Below, in pieces: positions 9,389 to 18,486 of a stretch of 64,000 nt of DNA. Within the stretch, counting starts at the first letter, position 1, and each line of letters starts with the position of its first letter. Source of the DNA: Minisyncoccota bacterium. Lineage in GTDB: Bacteria; Patescibacteriota; Minisyncoccia; Phycocordibacterales; Phycocordibacteraceae. The stretch lies in contig DASZVH010000004.1 of NCBI GenBank assembly GCA_035547315.1, positions 76,108-140,107 of the forward strand, given 5' to 3'. A program made the translations under genes and the position numbers. The notes under the pieces were generated by a model that worked only from the letters and a program-made list of their open reading frames with translations, searched no databases and was not told the DNA's origin.

Positions 9389-10161
9389 CCGCCTACGAGA
9401 AATGGATCTCCTTCTATACGATCATCCGCAAGGATGTGGTGCGGGTCTTGCGCATCTGGCCGCAGACCTTCCTCCCGGCGATCGTTACCTCGACCTTGTA
9501 CTTCGTCATCTTCGGCTCCTTCTTGGGCTCCCGGATCGGCTCGATACAAGGCGTCTCGTACATCCTCTTCGTCGTCCCGGGCCTCGTGATGCAGGCGGTG
9601 GTGATGGGCTCCTACATGAACACCTCCTTCACGATGTTCTCCTCCAAATTCTTCAACAGGAATATCGACGAGATCCTCGTCTCGCCGACGCCGCCCTGGG
9701 TACTCATCGCGGGCTTCACCTGCTCCGCGCTCTTGCGCGGCGTCATCACCGGCATTTTGGTTCTCCTCGTCGCGCTCCTCTTCACGCCGCTTCAGGTCCA
9801 CTCGCTCTTCGTCATCGCGCTCTTCCTCGTGATCAGCTCGCTTGTCTTCGCCCTCGCCGGATTGGTCAACGGCGTCTACGCCAAATCCATAGACGGCATC
9901 AATATCATCCCGACGTTCGTCCTCACTCCGCTCGTCTATTTGGGCGGCGTCTTCTACTCCACGAGTTCCTTGCCGGGCTTCTGGGGCTCGCTCACCAAAT
10001 TCGATCCGATCTTCTATCTCATCAACGGCTTCCGCTACGGGTTCCTCGGCATCACCGATGTCCCCGTCGCGCTCTCCTTCGGCATCTTGGCCGCGCTCGC
10101 GCTTGTCCTTCTCGGGCTCAACGTCTACCTCATCCGTATCGGCCTCGGTCTGAAGCAGTAG
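9385..10161 (+). CDS. ABC-2 transporter permease (YadH-like)
   Basis: RIWPQTFLP, FVVPGL, LTPLVYLGGVFY, PIFYLINGFRYG; ATGA overlap with the ATPase. Confidence 0.92.
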   Translation: MTAYEKWISFYTIIRKDVVRVLRIWPQTFLPAIVTSTLYFVIFGSFLGSRIGSIQGVSYILFVVPGLVMQAVVMGSYMNTSFTMFSSKFFNRNIDEILVSPTPPWVLIAGFTCSALLRGVITGILVLLVALLFTPLQVHSLFVIALFLVISSLVFALAGLVNGVYAKSIDGINIIPTFVLTPLVYLGGVFYSTSSLPGFWGSLTKFDPIFYLINGFRYGFLGITDVPVALSFGILAALALVLLGLNVYLIRIGLGLKQ

Positions 10162-10771
10162 GGCGCATGCCCTTGGGGAGCGTGCGGAAGGTGATCGAGT
10201 ACCGGAGCGCGCGGGTGGCGGCGACCGCGTGCTGCCACTCCCAGCGGATAGAATCCTGCATGACATACGCGGAGCGCGGCTCCATCTCCACGGAAAATAC
10301 CTCGGCTGCCCGGCGCGAGACGCCGCGCGTTTTCATAGGGCGGAACTTCATCCGCGCCCAGCCGCCAAGCGAGATGCCGACGATATGCTCGAACTTCTCG
10401 TTGTCGCGGTGGAAGCCCAAAGCGGTGCCGGGCGCGTATTCGTTTACCAGCGCTTCGATCACCATGCCTCGCGGCCAGCCGCGCCACTTTTCGATCCGGT
10501 GCGCGAAGCGCGCTAAGAAGCGCGGGAGAGGCGGCCCGGGGATAATCGTGTCGCGTTTGTAATCGTACCCGGCGCCGAAGTCCGCGTGCCGGCGCTTGGC
10601 CTCATACTTGCCTGCGGGGCCCCCGCGCGCATGCTTGAGCCGGTGCGCGCGGATGAACTCGATCAAGAGCTCTTCCTCCTCGGGCGCGATGAACTCGGGC
10701 TTATAAACGAGGCCCGAAGGCAGCCGCGCCTCCGCGTCGAGGAGCTTTCCTTGGGTTCCGCTCCGTTTCAT
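10130..10771 (-). CDS. AlkB-like 2OG-Fe(II) oxygenase
   Basis: LVNEY.PG..LGFHRD, GISLG, WQH, RYSITFR. Confidence 0.88.
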   Translation of the reverse strand: MKRSGTQGKLLDAEARLPSGLVYKPEFIAPEEEELLIEFIRAHRLKHARGGPAGKYEAKRRHADFGAGYDYKRDTIIPGPPLPRFLARFAHRIEKWRGWPRGMVIEALVNEYAPGTALGFHRDNEKFEHIVGISLGGWARMKFRPMKTRGVSRRAAEVFSVEMEPRSAYVMQDSIRWEWQHAVAATRALRYSITFRTLPKGMRPTASDRGRYG

Positions 10772-10861
10772 AGGGCTCCCCATTCTAGCAAGATGAAAGA
10801 AACGGCTCGGGAGAGCGCTCCTACTAAGGCTCGTGCTTACCATAATCCGCTTGCCATCCCT

Positions 10862-11062
10862 ATGCCAAAGAAACTGCTTATCCCTATCCTCGGCGCGGCC
10901 GTCATCGGCGGCGCGGTCGCCAGCGTCGGCCTCACCGCGCTGGCCGCCGGGGGCTCGGCCGCGGGCACTACGGCGCTCTCGTATCGGAGATCGCGGTCAC
11001 TTTCCCCACCGCCGCGTTCGTTCTATCTCCAGGCTGCTCGGTCGGCTTGCTATACTTGCCGC
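10862..11062 (+). pseudogene. Remnant 5' end of a secreted-protein gene (signal peptide) in frame with the next ORF
   Basis: MPKKLLIPILGAAVIGGAVASVGLTALA followed by non-protein-like sequence; the downstream ORF has its own TATACT-6 nt-ATG. Confidence 0.35.
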
Positions 11063-11572
11063 ATGGCGCTCGAGTGGAACAGGGTCACGTGGTACTCCAA
11101 ACTTCTCGCCGTGCTTCTTTTTCTCGCGACGTTCGCCGTGGCCTTCGCGCTCGGGCGGGAGTACGGCCTCCTCGAGGCGACGCCGAGCGCGTCCGTCGGC
11201 GCCAGCCTCCCGGCGGGGCAGGGCTCGCCGGAGAGCGGCGCGCCGGGCGCCGCCTCGAGCAGCCCGGCCGCGCCCGGCCCGGGCATGCGCACGCTCACCG
11301 AGGACGACCTCGGCGCGACGATCGCGCTCTCGCCGGGCGAGCGGTTCGCGCTCGCGCTCGGGAGCGGCCTCTCGTGGTCCGTGAGCTTCAAGCCGGAGGG
11401 CGTCGTCGTCCGCGTGCCGGGCGCGGACCCGGCTCCGGGCACGCAGGGCTTCTTCGAGGCGGCGGCCTCCGGCACGACCACGCTTTCGGCGAGCGGCCGG
11501 CCGATCTGCAGCCCCGGCGCCGCTTGCCCGCAATTTATCGAGCTTTTCCAGGCGACGATCGCGGTGCGCTAA
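11063..11572 (+). CDS. Membrane-anchored protein with C-terminal chagasin/I42-inhibitor-like Ig domain
   Basis: MALEWNRVTWYSK plus TM; TIALSPGERFALAL..WS..FEAAASGTTTL..F.ATIAV. Confidence 0.6.
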   Translation: MALEWNRVTWYSKLLAVLLFLATFAVAFALGREYGLLEATPSASVGASLPAGQGSPESGAPGAASSSPAAPGPGMRTLTEDDLGATIALSPGERFALALGSGLSWSVSFKPEGVVVRVPGADPAPGTQGFFEAAASGTTTLSASGRPICSPGAACPQFIELFQATIAVR

Positions 11573-11613
11573 CGTTCACGCCGTGTTCACCCACGCGCGC
11601 ATAGCATCGGCCG

Positions 11614-11985
11614 ATGCGCATCGTCGGCACCGCGCTCTTCTTCCTCCTCGCGGCGGCGGGGCTCGTGCTCGCGGTACGGGACAACCTCAGCGCCGGCCTC
11701 CTCGCCGCACCCGCCGCCGCGCTTCCCGCTCCCCCGGTCGAGCTCGTCGGCACGATCGAGTACTACCCGGACAATCTCGGGACGCCGGTGCCGTATTTGG
11801 TCTACGCGCCGCAGCGGGACAAGGCGCTCCTCTTCGACAGCGCGAGCGCGTGCGTGACCGCCGCGGGCACCTACTCCTGCGCGCTCATCAGCCAGGCGCT
11901 CCACGCGTATTACCCCGGCAAGGTGGCGGCCGAGGGCGTCATCGAGGCCGAGCATTTGCGGGTCTCCCGCCTCGCTCCCGCGTGA
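11614..11985 (+). CDS. Hypothetical exported protein
   Basis: N-terminal hydrophobic segment; TAGCAT-6 nt-ATG; fits the gene run. Confidence 0.65.
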   Translation: MRIVGTALFFLLAAAGLVLAVRDNLSAGLLAAPAAALPAPPVELVGTIEYYPDNLGTPVPYLVYAPQRDKALLFDSASACVTAAGTYSCALISQALHAYYPGKVAAEGVIEAEHLRVSRLAPA

Positions 11986-12012
11986 TATACTCGAGCCATA
12001 ATCACCACCACT

Positions 12013-12966
12013 ATGAAAATCTCGGAAGTACTCGGCTGGGGCGTGCTCGTGGTCATCATTCTCGCGCTCGGCGCCTACGCGCTCCTCTACACGACGCCGA
12101 TGGGCAACCCGTATACCGCCTCCTCGACGACCGCGGCCGACGGCGGCGCGCTCGGCGCCGGCGGAGCAAGCGGCGCGGGAAGCGGCGGGAACGCCGGCGG
12201 CCCCGTCACCTTCTACTGCACGGAGGGCAGTTTCACCGCGACCTTCAGCGCCGACGCGGTGCAAATCGACCTCGACAACGGGCGCTACTTCGCCCTCCCG
12301 AGGGCCGCGAGCGGCTCGGGCATCCGCTACGAGGGCACGGTGAGCGGCAAGGACGAGCTCCTCACCAGCGAGGGCTCCTGGGCCGCGCTCTCGGAGGACG
12401 GCGAGGCCCTCTACAGCAACTGCATCGCCGCGCAGGTGAGCGAGTCAGGCGGCGCCAAGACTTTCATCGATGAGTCTGGGCTCTTCTCCTTCAAGTTCCC
12501 CGACGCTTTCTCGATCGTGGGCACCGAGCCCGGATACACGCAGAGCTGGATGGTGAACGCGACCACCTCGGGCATGCTGCTTGCGGAGGTGCAGCTCCCG
12601 GCGAGCGCGATGCCTAAGACCAACTTTGGCGGGGCCGACTTCACCGTCGGGGTCTCGAGCGACCCCTCCGCTATCGCGAGCTGCCTCTCCTACAACCCCA
12701 CGGGCGCGCCCGGCAGCGGCCCCGTCACCGCCCTCATCAACGGCGTGACCTTCGACAAGTTCACCAGCCACGACATCGGCGCGGGCAACCTCTACGACAC
12801 CACCTCCTACCGCCTGATCCGCGACGGCGAGTGCTACGCGCTCGAGTACACGATCCACTCCACGCAGATCGCCAACTACCCCAAGGGCACGGTGACCGCC
12901 TTCAATGCGCAGCAGATCACGAAGGAGCTCGACGGCATTGCGACCTCCTTCCAGTTCCTGCAGTAG
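12013..12966 (+). CDS. Membrane-anchored MliC-like lysozyme-inhibitor domain plus a second extracellular domain
   Basis: VTFYC..LPRAASGSGIRYE..C (MliC SxSGxxY signature). Confidence 0.75.
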   Translation: MKISEVLGWGVLVVIILALGAYALLYTTPMGNPYTASSTTAADGGALGAGGASGAGSGGNAGGPVTFYCTEGSFTATFSADAVQIDLDNGRYFALPRAASGSGIRYEGTVSGKDELLTSEGSWAALSEDGEALYSNCIAAQVSESGGAKTFIDESGLFSFKFPDAFSIVGTEPGYTQSWMVNATTSGMLLAEVQLPASAMPKTNFGGADFTVGVSSDPSAIASCLSYNPTGAPGSGPVTALINGVTFDKFTSHDIGAGNLYDTTSYRLIRDGECYALEYTIHSTQIANYPKGTVTAFNAQQITKELDGIATSFQFLQ

Positions 12967-12972
12967 CGCGCC

Positions 12973-13671
12973 ATGGCGCAGCTCGTGATCGGGCTCGGCT
13001 CCGGCAGGTCCGGATCCGTCTCGCTCGCGCGCTTCCTGGATACGCAGCCGGGCGCCTTCTTCTGCCACGAGAGCGCCTACGCGCGGCCGCGCCTCCTGCG
13101 CTACACCTTCGGCGATATCCTGCCCTGGGAGCCGGACGAGCGCGCCTTCGGCGCGTGGCTCGCGGGGCTCGAGCGCGCGGCCGCGCCCGCGCTCTTCTAT
13201 GGAGACGTCGCGCCCTATCTCCTGCCGTATACCGAGCGCATCCTCGCCGAGCGGCCGGCGGCGCGCTTCATCTGCGTCAAGCGCGAGCGCGCCGCGGTCG
13301 TGGCGAGCTTCCTGCGCCATAGCGCCGGCACCAACCCTTGGCAGGAGCACGACGGCCGCCGCTGGCTCCGGCGCTCCTGGGACCGCGCCTTCCCCACGTT
13401 CGCGGCGGCGAGCAAGGCCGAGGCGGCGGGGAAGTACTGGGATCTCTACTACGCCCGCGCCGCCGGATACGAGCGCCGCTACCCGGAGCGGTTCAGGCTC
13501 TTCGACTTCGCGCGGCTGAACGAGCGCGGCACGCAGGAGGCCATGCTCGACTTCGCCGGCTTCCCGCGCGCGGGCCGCGCATACGGCATGCGGCGCACCA
13601 ACGGATCGCTCCCCGCCCCGCTCATGTTCTGCCTCATCCGGCTCGGCACCGCGCTCGGACTCGACCCGTAG
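12973..13671 (+). CDS. Sulfotransferase-family P-loop protein
   Basis: VIGLGSGRSGSVSL (5'-PSB-like), HES, FICVKRE..VVASF (3'-PB-like). Confidence 0.65.
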   Translation: MAQLVIGLGSGRSGSVSLARFLDTQPGAFFCHESAYARPRLLRYTFGDILPWEPDERAFGAWLAGLERAAAPALFYGDVAPYLLPYTERILAERPAARFICVKRERAAVVASFLRHSAGTNPWQEHDGRRWLRRSWDRAFPTFAAASKAEAAGKYWDLYYARAAGYERRYPERFRLFDFARLNERGTQEAMLDFAGFPRAGRAYGMRRTNGSLPAPLMFCLIRLGTALGLDP

Positions 13672-13750
13672 GATTGCGGAGCGCCGATTCCTCTGGTATC
13701 GTGCGCGTATCGGCCGCACGGCCTCCGCCGCTGGCGGATTTAATTTTTTC

Positions 13751-15547
13751 ATGGAAATCCGCAACATCGCCATCATCGCGCACGTCGACCACGGCAAGAC
13801 GACGCTCACCGACGCGCTCTTGCGTTTTTGCGGCGCGGCGGGCGAGGGCGTCTCGATGGACAGCGACGCTCTGGAGCGCGAGCGCGGCATCACCATCTAC
13901 GCCAAGAACGCGGCGGTGGAGTATAAGGGCACCAAGATCAATATCGTCGATACGCCCGGGCACGCGGATTTCGGCTCCGAGGTCGAGCGCGTGCTGCGTT
14001 CGATCGACTCCGTGCTGCTCATCGTGGACGCGGCGGAGGGCCCGATGCCGCAGACGCGCTTCGTCCTCAAGAAGTCGCTCGAGCTCGGGCTCAAGCCCAT
14101 CGTCGTGCTCAACAAGATAGACAAGCCGGCCGCGGACCCGGCGCGCGCGCAGCTGCAGGTCCTGGAGCTCTTCCTCGAGCTCGGCGCGAGCGACGCGCAG
14201 AGCGATTTCCCGCTCCTCTACGCGATCGGCCGCGCGGGCGTCGCGATGCGGACGCTCGAGGAGGAGCGTCGCGACCTCGCGCCGCTCCTCGACACCATCC
14301 TCGAGAAGGTGCCGCCCGCCAACGCGCCGGGAGAGGAGGAAAAGCCGCTCCTCCTGCAGCCCTTCAATCTCGCCTATGATAATTTCCTCGGTCGGCTCGC
14401 GGTCGGGCGCATCTACGCGGGCACCGTGCGGCCCAATCAGAACGTGTTCATACGGAAGGCGGGCGGCGAGCTGCGCGCCGGCCGCACCACCAAAGTGTTC
14501 CTCTTCAAGGGGCTCGAGCGCGTCGAGGCGGAGTCCGCGGGTGCGGGCGACATCTGCCTCGTCGCCGGGCTTCCGGACATCTATATCGGCGAGACGATTA
14601 CCACCGACGAGGCCGCGGCGCCGCTGCCGGCGATCGCGGTCGACGAGCCCACGATCGCGCTCAATTTCCTGGTCAATAACTCGCCGTTCGCCGGCCGGGA
14701 GGGGAAGTACGTCACCAGCCGCCAGATCCGCGAGCGGCTCGAGAAGGAGCTCGAGGTTAACGTCGGCCTCAAGATCGACTTTACGAGCGCGGAGGCCTTC
14801 AAGGTCTCGGGCCGCGGCGAGCTCCATATCGCGGTCTTGCTCGAGAACATGCGGCGCGAGGGCTACGAGCTGCAGGTCTCCCAGCCGCAGGTCATCTTCC
14901 ACGAGGAGAACGGCCAGATGCTCGAGCCCTTCGAGGAGGCGACGATCGACACGCCGAGCGCGTATCAAGGAGCCATCATCGAGAAGCTCGGCGCGCGGGC
15001 TTTCATCCTGCAGGACGTCGCGCGGCACGAGAATCAGGTGCGCCTCACCTTGCTCGGCCCCACCCGCGGGCTCCTCGGCTACCGCAACCAGTTCGTCATC
15101 GACACGCGCGGCGAGGGCATCCTCGCCTCGCGCGTGGTCGGCTTCAAGCCCTACGCGGGCGAGATCAAGAAGCGCCAGGTCGGCTCGATGATCTCGATGG
15201 CGAGCGGCAAATCGCTCGGCTACTCGCTGTGGACCCTCCAGGAGCGCGGCACGCTCTATATCACTCCCGCGGTGGAGGTCTACGAGGGCATGGTGGTCGG
15301 CAACACCGCCAAGGGCGAGGAGATGATGGTCAACCCGACCAAGAACAAGAACATGAGCAACGTCCGCTCCTCCGGCACCGACGAGGCGATCGTGCTCTTC
15401 CCGGCGTTCGAGCTCACTATCGAGCGCGGCCTCGAGGTCATGGCGGAGGACGAGTATCTCGAGATAACGCCCAAGAGCGTGCGTCTGCGCAAGCAATTCC
15501 TCACCGAGAACGACCGCGCCAAGGCGCGGCGCGGCGCGGCGCGCTAA
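13751..15547 (+). CDS. typA: Translational GTPase TypA/BipA
   Basis: [59 protein letters not shown]. Confidence 0.97.
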   Translation: MEIRNIAIIAHVDHGKTTLTDALLRFCGAAGEGVSMDSDALERERGITIYAKNAAVEYKGTKINIVDTPGHADFGSEVERVLRSIDSVLLIVDAAEGPMPQTRFVLKKSLELGLKPIVVLNKIDKPAADPARAQLQVLELFLELGASDAQSDFPLLYAIGRAGVAMRTLEEERRDLAPLLDTILEKVPPANAPGEEEKPLLLQPFNLAYDNFLGRLAVGRIYAGTVRPNQNVFIRKAGGELRAGRTTKVFLFKGLERVEAESAGAGDICLVAGLPDIYIGETITTDEAAAPLPAIAVDEPTIALNFLVNNSPFAGREGKYVTSRQIRERLEKELEVNVGLKIDFTSAEAFKVSGRGELHIAVLLENMRREGYELQVSQPQVIFHEENGQMLEPFEEATIDTPSAYQGAIIEKLGARAFILQDVARHENQVRLTLLGPTRGLLGYRNQFVIDTRGEGILASRVVGFKPYAGEIKKRQVGSMISMASGKSLGYSLWTLQERGTLYITPAVEVYEGMVVGNTAKGEEMMVNPTKNKNMSNVRSSGTDEAIVLFPAFELTIERGLEVMAEDEYLEITPKSVRLRKQFLTENDRAKARRGAAR

Positions 15548-15622
15548 GCGCGTCCTTCATAACGGCCTCATGCGCGGGCGGGTATGGTGGCGTTATTAGC
15601 CGCTAATCAAGCCATTACCCCG

Positions 15623-16273
15623 ATGAAACGCAAGAAATTTCTCACGCTGGCCGGCCTCGCGCTCCTCGCCGCGCCGCTTGCCGCGAGCGCGCAGAGCTCC
15701 CTCGAGCTCGACGCGAACCTCTCGGCGGGCACCGGCACCGCGCTTGCGGCCGAGGCGGGCGCCTCGACGAGCGTCTCCGCCGCCGCCCCGGTGGCGATCA
15801 CCGCGGCGGAGGCGGCGAACGGCTCGCCGACGCTTTCCTCGAGCGCGCAGGTGGCGAGCGAGGCCGACTTCGCCGCCTACGCGCGCGGCGCGATCAAGAG
15901 CAACGCCTCGATCAAGGAGGTAGACTCGAACGCGGACTCGGTTACGGTCCGCTTCTCCGAGCCGGCGCGGATCCTCGGGATCTTCCCGGTTACGCTGCGC
16001 TCCGCCGCGACCATCGCGGCGGACGGCTCCGTGCGGGTCGAACATCCTTGGTATTACTTCCTCGCCGCAAGCGACGCGGACGAGACGGGGCTCAAGACCG
16101 CGCTCGCCGAGGAGGCGACCGTCTTCAGCCGCGCGCCCTCGCCGGCCGCCGCCGGCGCGACCTCGACCGCGGGAGCGGAGGCGACGCTCTCCGCAAGCGA
16201 GAAGGCGCGCCTCCTCTCGGGCATGACCATGGCGCTTGGCAGCGCGCTCTCGAGCTCCGCGAGCGCCCGATGA
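15623..16273 (+). CDS. Hypothetical secreted Ala/Ser-rich protein
   Basis: Signal peptide MKRKKFLTLAGLALLAAPLAASA; PARILGIFPV..PWYYFL block. Confidence 0.7.
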   Translation: MKRKKFLTLAGLALLAAPLAASAQSSLELDANLSAGTGTALAAEAGASTSVSAAAPVAITAAEAANGSPTLSSSAQVASEADFAAYARGAIKSNASIKEVDSNADSVTVRFSEPARILGIFPVTLRSAATIAADGSVRVEHPWYYFLAASDADETGLKTALAEEATVFSRAPSPAAAGATSTAGAEATLSASEKARLLSGMTMALGSALSSSASAR

Positions 16274-16274
16274 T

Positions 16275-16499
16275 ATGCCGCGCGCGCGATCACGCCGGAG
16301 GCGCTACGGCACGGGGGCGAAGCGCACGGTGAAGAAGGTCATGCGCGAATACAAGCGCGGAAAATTAAAGAGCGGCAAGGGCCGCCATCCCAAGGTCAAG
16401 AGCCGCAAACAGGCGATCGCGATCGGCCTCTCCGAGGCGCGCCGGGTGGGGGAAAAGGTCCCGCCCCGCCGGCGCGGCACGAAGCGCTCGCGCCGCTAG
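16275..16499 (+). CDS. Small basic protein (DUF6496-like)
   Basis: VKKVMREYKRGKLKSG..VKSRKQAIAIGLSEAR. Confidence 0.8.
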   Translation: MPRARSRRRRYGTGAKRTVKKVMREYKRGKLKSGKGRHPKVKSRKQAIAIGLSEARRVGEKVPPRRRGTKRSRR

Positions 16500-16522
16500 G
16501 ATTATCAATTTACGAAACTAGT

Positions 16523-16684
16523 ATGCTTGTCGCCATCGCCGTCATCCTCTTCATCCTCTGGCTTCTCGGCATCGTCGGCCTCTACACGATCGGCTGGTTC
16601 GTGCATATCCTGCTGATCCTCGCGATCATCGCGATCTTGATCCGCATCATCTACGGGGAATACCCCTTCGGCCCGAATCCCTAG
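16523..16684 (+). CDS. lmo0937/DUF5670-family small membrane protein (53 aa; below the ORF-track cutoff)
   Basis: Hand translation MLVAIAVILFILWLLGIVGLYTIGWFVHILLILAIIAILIRIIYGEYPFGPNP*. Confidence 0.8.
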   Translation: MLVAIAVILFILWLLGIVGLYTIGWFVHILLILAIIAILIRIIYGEYPFGPNP

Positions 16685-16701
16685 GCGCGCGGCCGTATTT
16701 C

Positions 16702-16730
16702 TTGACATAGAGCGAGAAGTGGGATATATT
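16702..16730 (+). promoter_or_regulatory. Consensus sigma70 promoter of cfa
   Basis: TTGACA-17 nt-TATATT; SD AGGAG at 16774-16778. Confidence 0.7.
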
Positions 16731-16786
16731 ACCCGCGGAGCGGATCATTCCGTAATCATTCAGACAAGCGAAAAGGAGAGTGCGAC

Positions 16787-17983
16787 GTGAACATGTCAGT
16801 CAATCCTCACGAGACCGATCGGCTCCGGCCGACCTATGACCCCGCGCCGAGCCTCGCGCGCGTACTTGCGCCCTTGGCCGCCAAGGCGGGCATACGCTTC
16901 AACGGCGCGGACCCGTGGGACATCCAAGTCTACGACCCGCGCTTCTACCGCCGGGTGCTCGCGGACCGTTCGCTCGGCCTCGGCGAGGCTTATATGGACG
17001 GTATGTGGGGCTCCGGAGCGGCGGATGAGACCATCTGCCGCATCGTGCGCGCCGACCTCGCGAGGGAGCTCACCCGGGCCCCGAGCCTCTCCCTCCTTTG
17101 GCAGGGAGCGGCGGCGCGGCTCACGAGCACGGTGACGAGGGAGCGCGCCCGCGAAGCGATCGCCGCGCATTATGACATCGGCAACGAGCTCTACGAGGCG
17201 ATGCTCGACGCGCGCATGAACTACTCCTGCGCGTATTATCAGGGCCAGCCGCTTCCTCAGACGCTCGGACAGGCCCAGGAGGCCAAGCTCGACCTCGTCT
17301 GCCGGAAGATCGGCCTCCAGCCGGGCCAGCGCGTGCTCGACATCGGCTGCGGCTGGGGCTCCTTCGCGAAGTTCGCGGCGGAGCGCTATGGCGCGCGGGT
17401 GACCGGCGTCACGCTCTCGCGGGAGCAGAAGGCATGGGCGCAGAGGTCCTGCGGCGATCTCCCCGTGACCATCCGCCTGTGCGACTACCGCGACATCGAA
17501 GGGCGCTTCGATCGCATCGTCTCGATCGGTATGTTCGAGCATGTGGGGCCGGAGGAGTACCGCACGTTCTTCGAGCAGGCGGACCGTCTCTTGAAGCCGG
17601 GCGGCATACTCCTCCTGCACTGCATCGTGGGCAATCGCTCGAGACTGGTGGGCGAGGCCTGGATGTCGAAGTACGTCTTCAAGAAAGGCGTACTGCCTTC
17701 GTTCAAGCAGATCGCGGAAGCCTCGGAGGGCTTGTTCGCCCCCTGGGACGCGCACAACTTCGGCCCGGACTACGACCGTACGCTCATGGCCTGGTTTGAG
17801 AACTTCGACCGGGCGTACCGGGAGGGAAGGCTCGACCGCAAGAGGTACGACCAGCGCTTCTACCGCACGTGGAAGTACTACCTGCTCTCCTGCGCAGGGC
17901 TCTTCCGCGCCGGGGGCGCGCAGCTCGGCCAGTTCGTCTTCGCGCGGCCGGGCGAATTGCGCGGGTATCGTACCGCGCGTTGA
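16787..17983 (+). CDS. cfa: Cyclopropane-fatty-acyl-phospholipid synthase
   Basis: SLGLGEAYMDG, HYDIGN, MNYSCAY, VLDIGCGWG, FDRIVSIGMFEHVG, FYRTWKYYLLSCAG. Confidence 0.93.
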   Translation: MNMSVNPHETDRLRPTYDPAPSLARVLAPLAAKAGIRFNGADPWDIQVYDPRFYRRVLADRSLGLGEAYMDGMWGSGAADETICRIVRADLARELTRAPSLSLLWQGAAARLTSTVTRERAREAIAAHYDIGNELYEAMLDARMNYSCAYYQGQPLPQTLGQAQEAKLDLVCRKIGLQPGQRVLDIGCGWGSFAKFAAERYGARVTGVTLSREQKAWAQRSCGDLPVTIRLCDYRDIEGRFDRIVSIGMFEHVGPEEYRTFFEQADRLLKPGGILLLHCIVGNRSRLVGEAWMSKYVFKKGVLPSFKQIAEASEGLFAPWDAHNFGPDYDRTLMAWFENFDRAYREGRLDRKRYDQRFYRTWKYYLLSCAGLFRAGGAQLGQFVFARPGELRGYRTAR

Positions 17984-17997
17984 ATGACTGGAAATAC

Positions 17998-18030
17998 GAC
18001 GCGGCGGCCTCTACGGCCGCTGCGTTTTTT
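17998..18030 (+). terminator. Intrinsic terminator after cfa
   Basis: GC-rich hairpin followed by T7. Confidence 0.7.
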
Positions 18031-18038
18031 CTTATCTG

Positions 18039-18070
18039 ATGACAAAACCGCCTCGGGCGGTTGTCATTTT
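18039..18070 (-). terminator. Hairpin downstream of tmRNA
   Basis: ATGACAA..CCGCC/GGCGG.TTGTCAT stem right after the tmRNA 3' end. Confidence 0.5.
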
Positions 18071-18071
18071 G

Positions 18072-18486
18072 TGGAGGCGGGGGGAATTGAACCCCCGTCC
18101 GAATCCGGATTTGAGAGCGCTTCTACGACGCGTAGCTAGAGTTAGGCGCTAGGGCAGGATGCGAGGAACTCCAGCGAAACCATTCCTGCTTGATCCCTTT
18201 GTTTAATCCCGAGCCAGGGAATGGCGAAGGACGAGCCTATAGAAGATTCCGCCCCTCGCCGCGCTATAGGCGCCGGTGAGCGAGGGACGTCGCGCTAAGC
18301 GAAGGGAGCGAAACGCTCGACCTTACGCGTACGCGAACGCGAAGTTGCCCATACCGAAGTACGGAGACTTCACGCTTGCAAGAGTGTTCTTGGCAAGTTT
18401 GGCGCTCGAGAGGATTAGAGTGTCAGTCGAGCATGCACTGCGTCGCACGATTCTCAAAGAACGGACCGTCTAAGCCGGTCACCCCC
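18072..18486 (-). ncRNA. ssrA: tmRNA; predicted tag frame 18394..18323 encodes AKNTLASVKSPYFGMGNFAFAYA*
   Basis: 5' GGGGGTG pairs with 3' CGCCTCC-A including the G3:U70 Ala determinant; T-arm GGGGGTTCAATTCCCCC; directly downstream of smpB; CCA not encoded. Confidence 0.93.
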
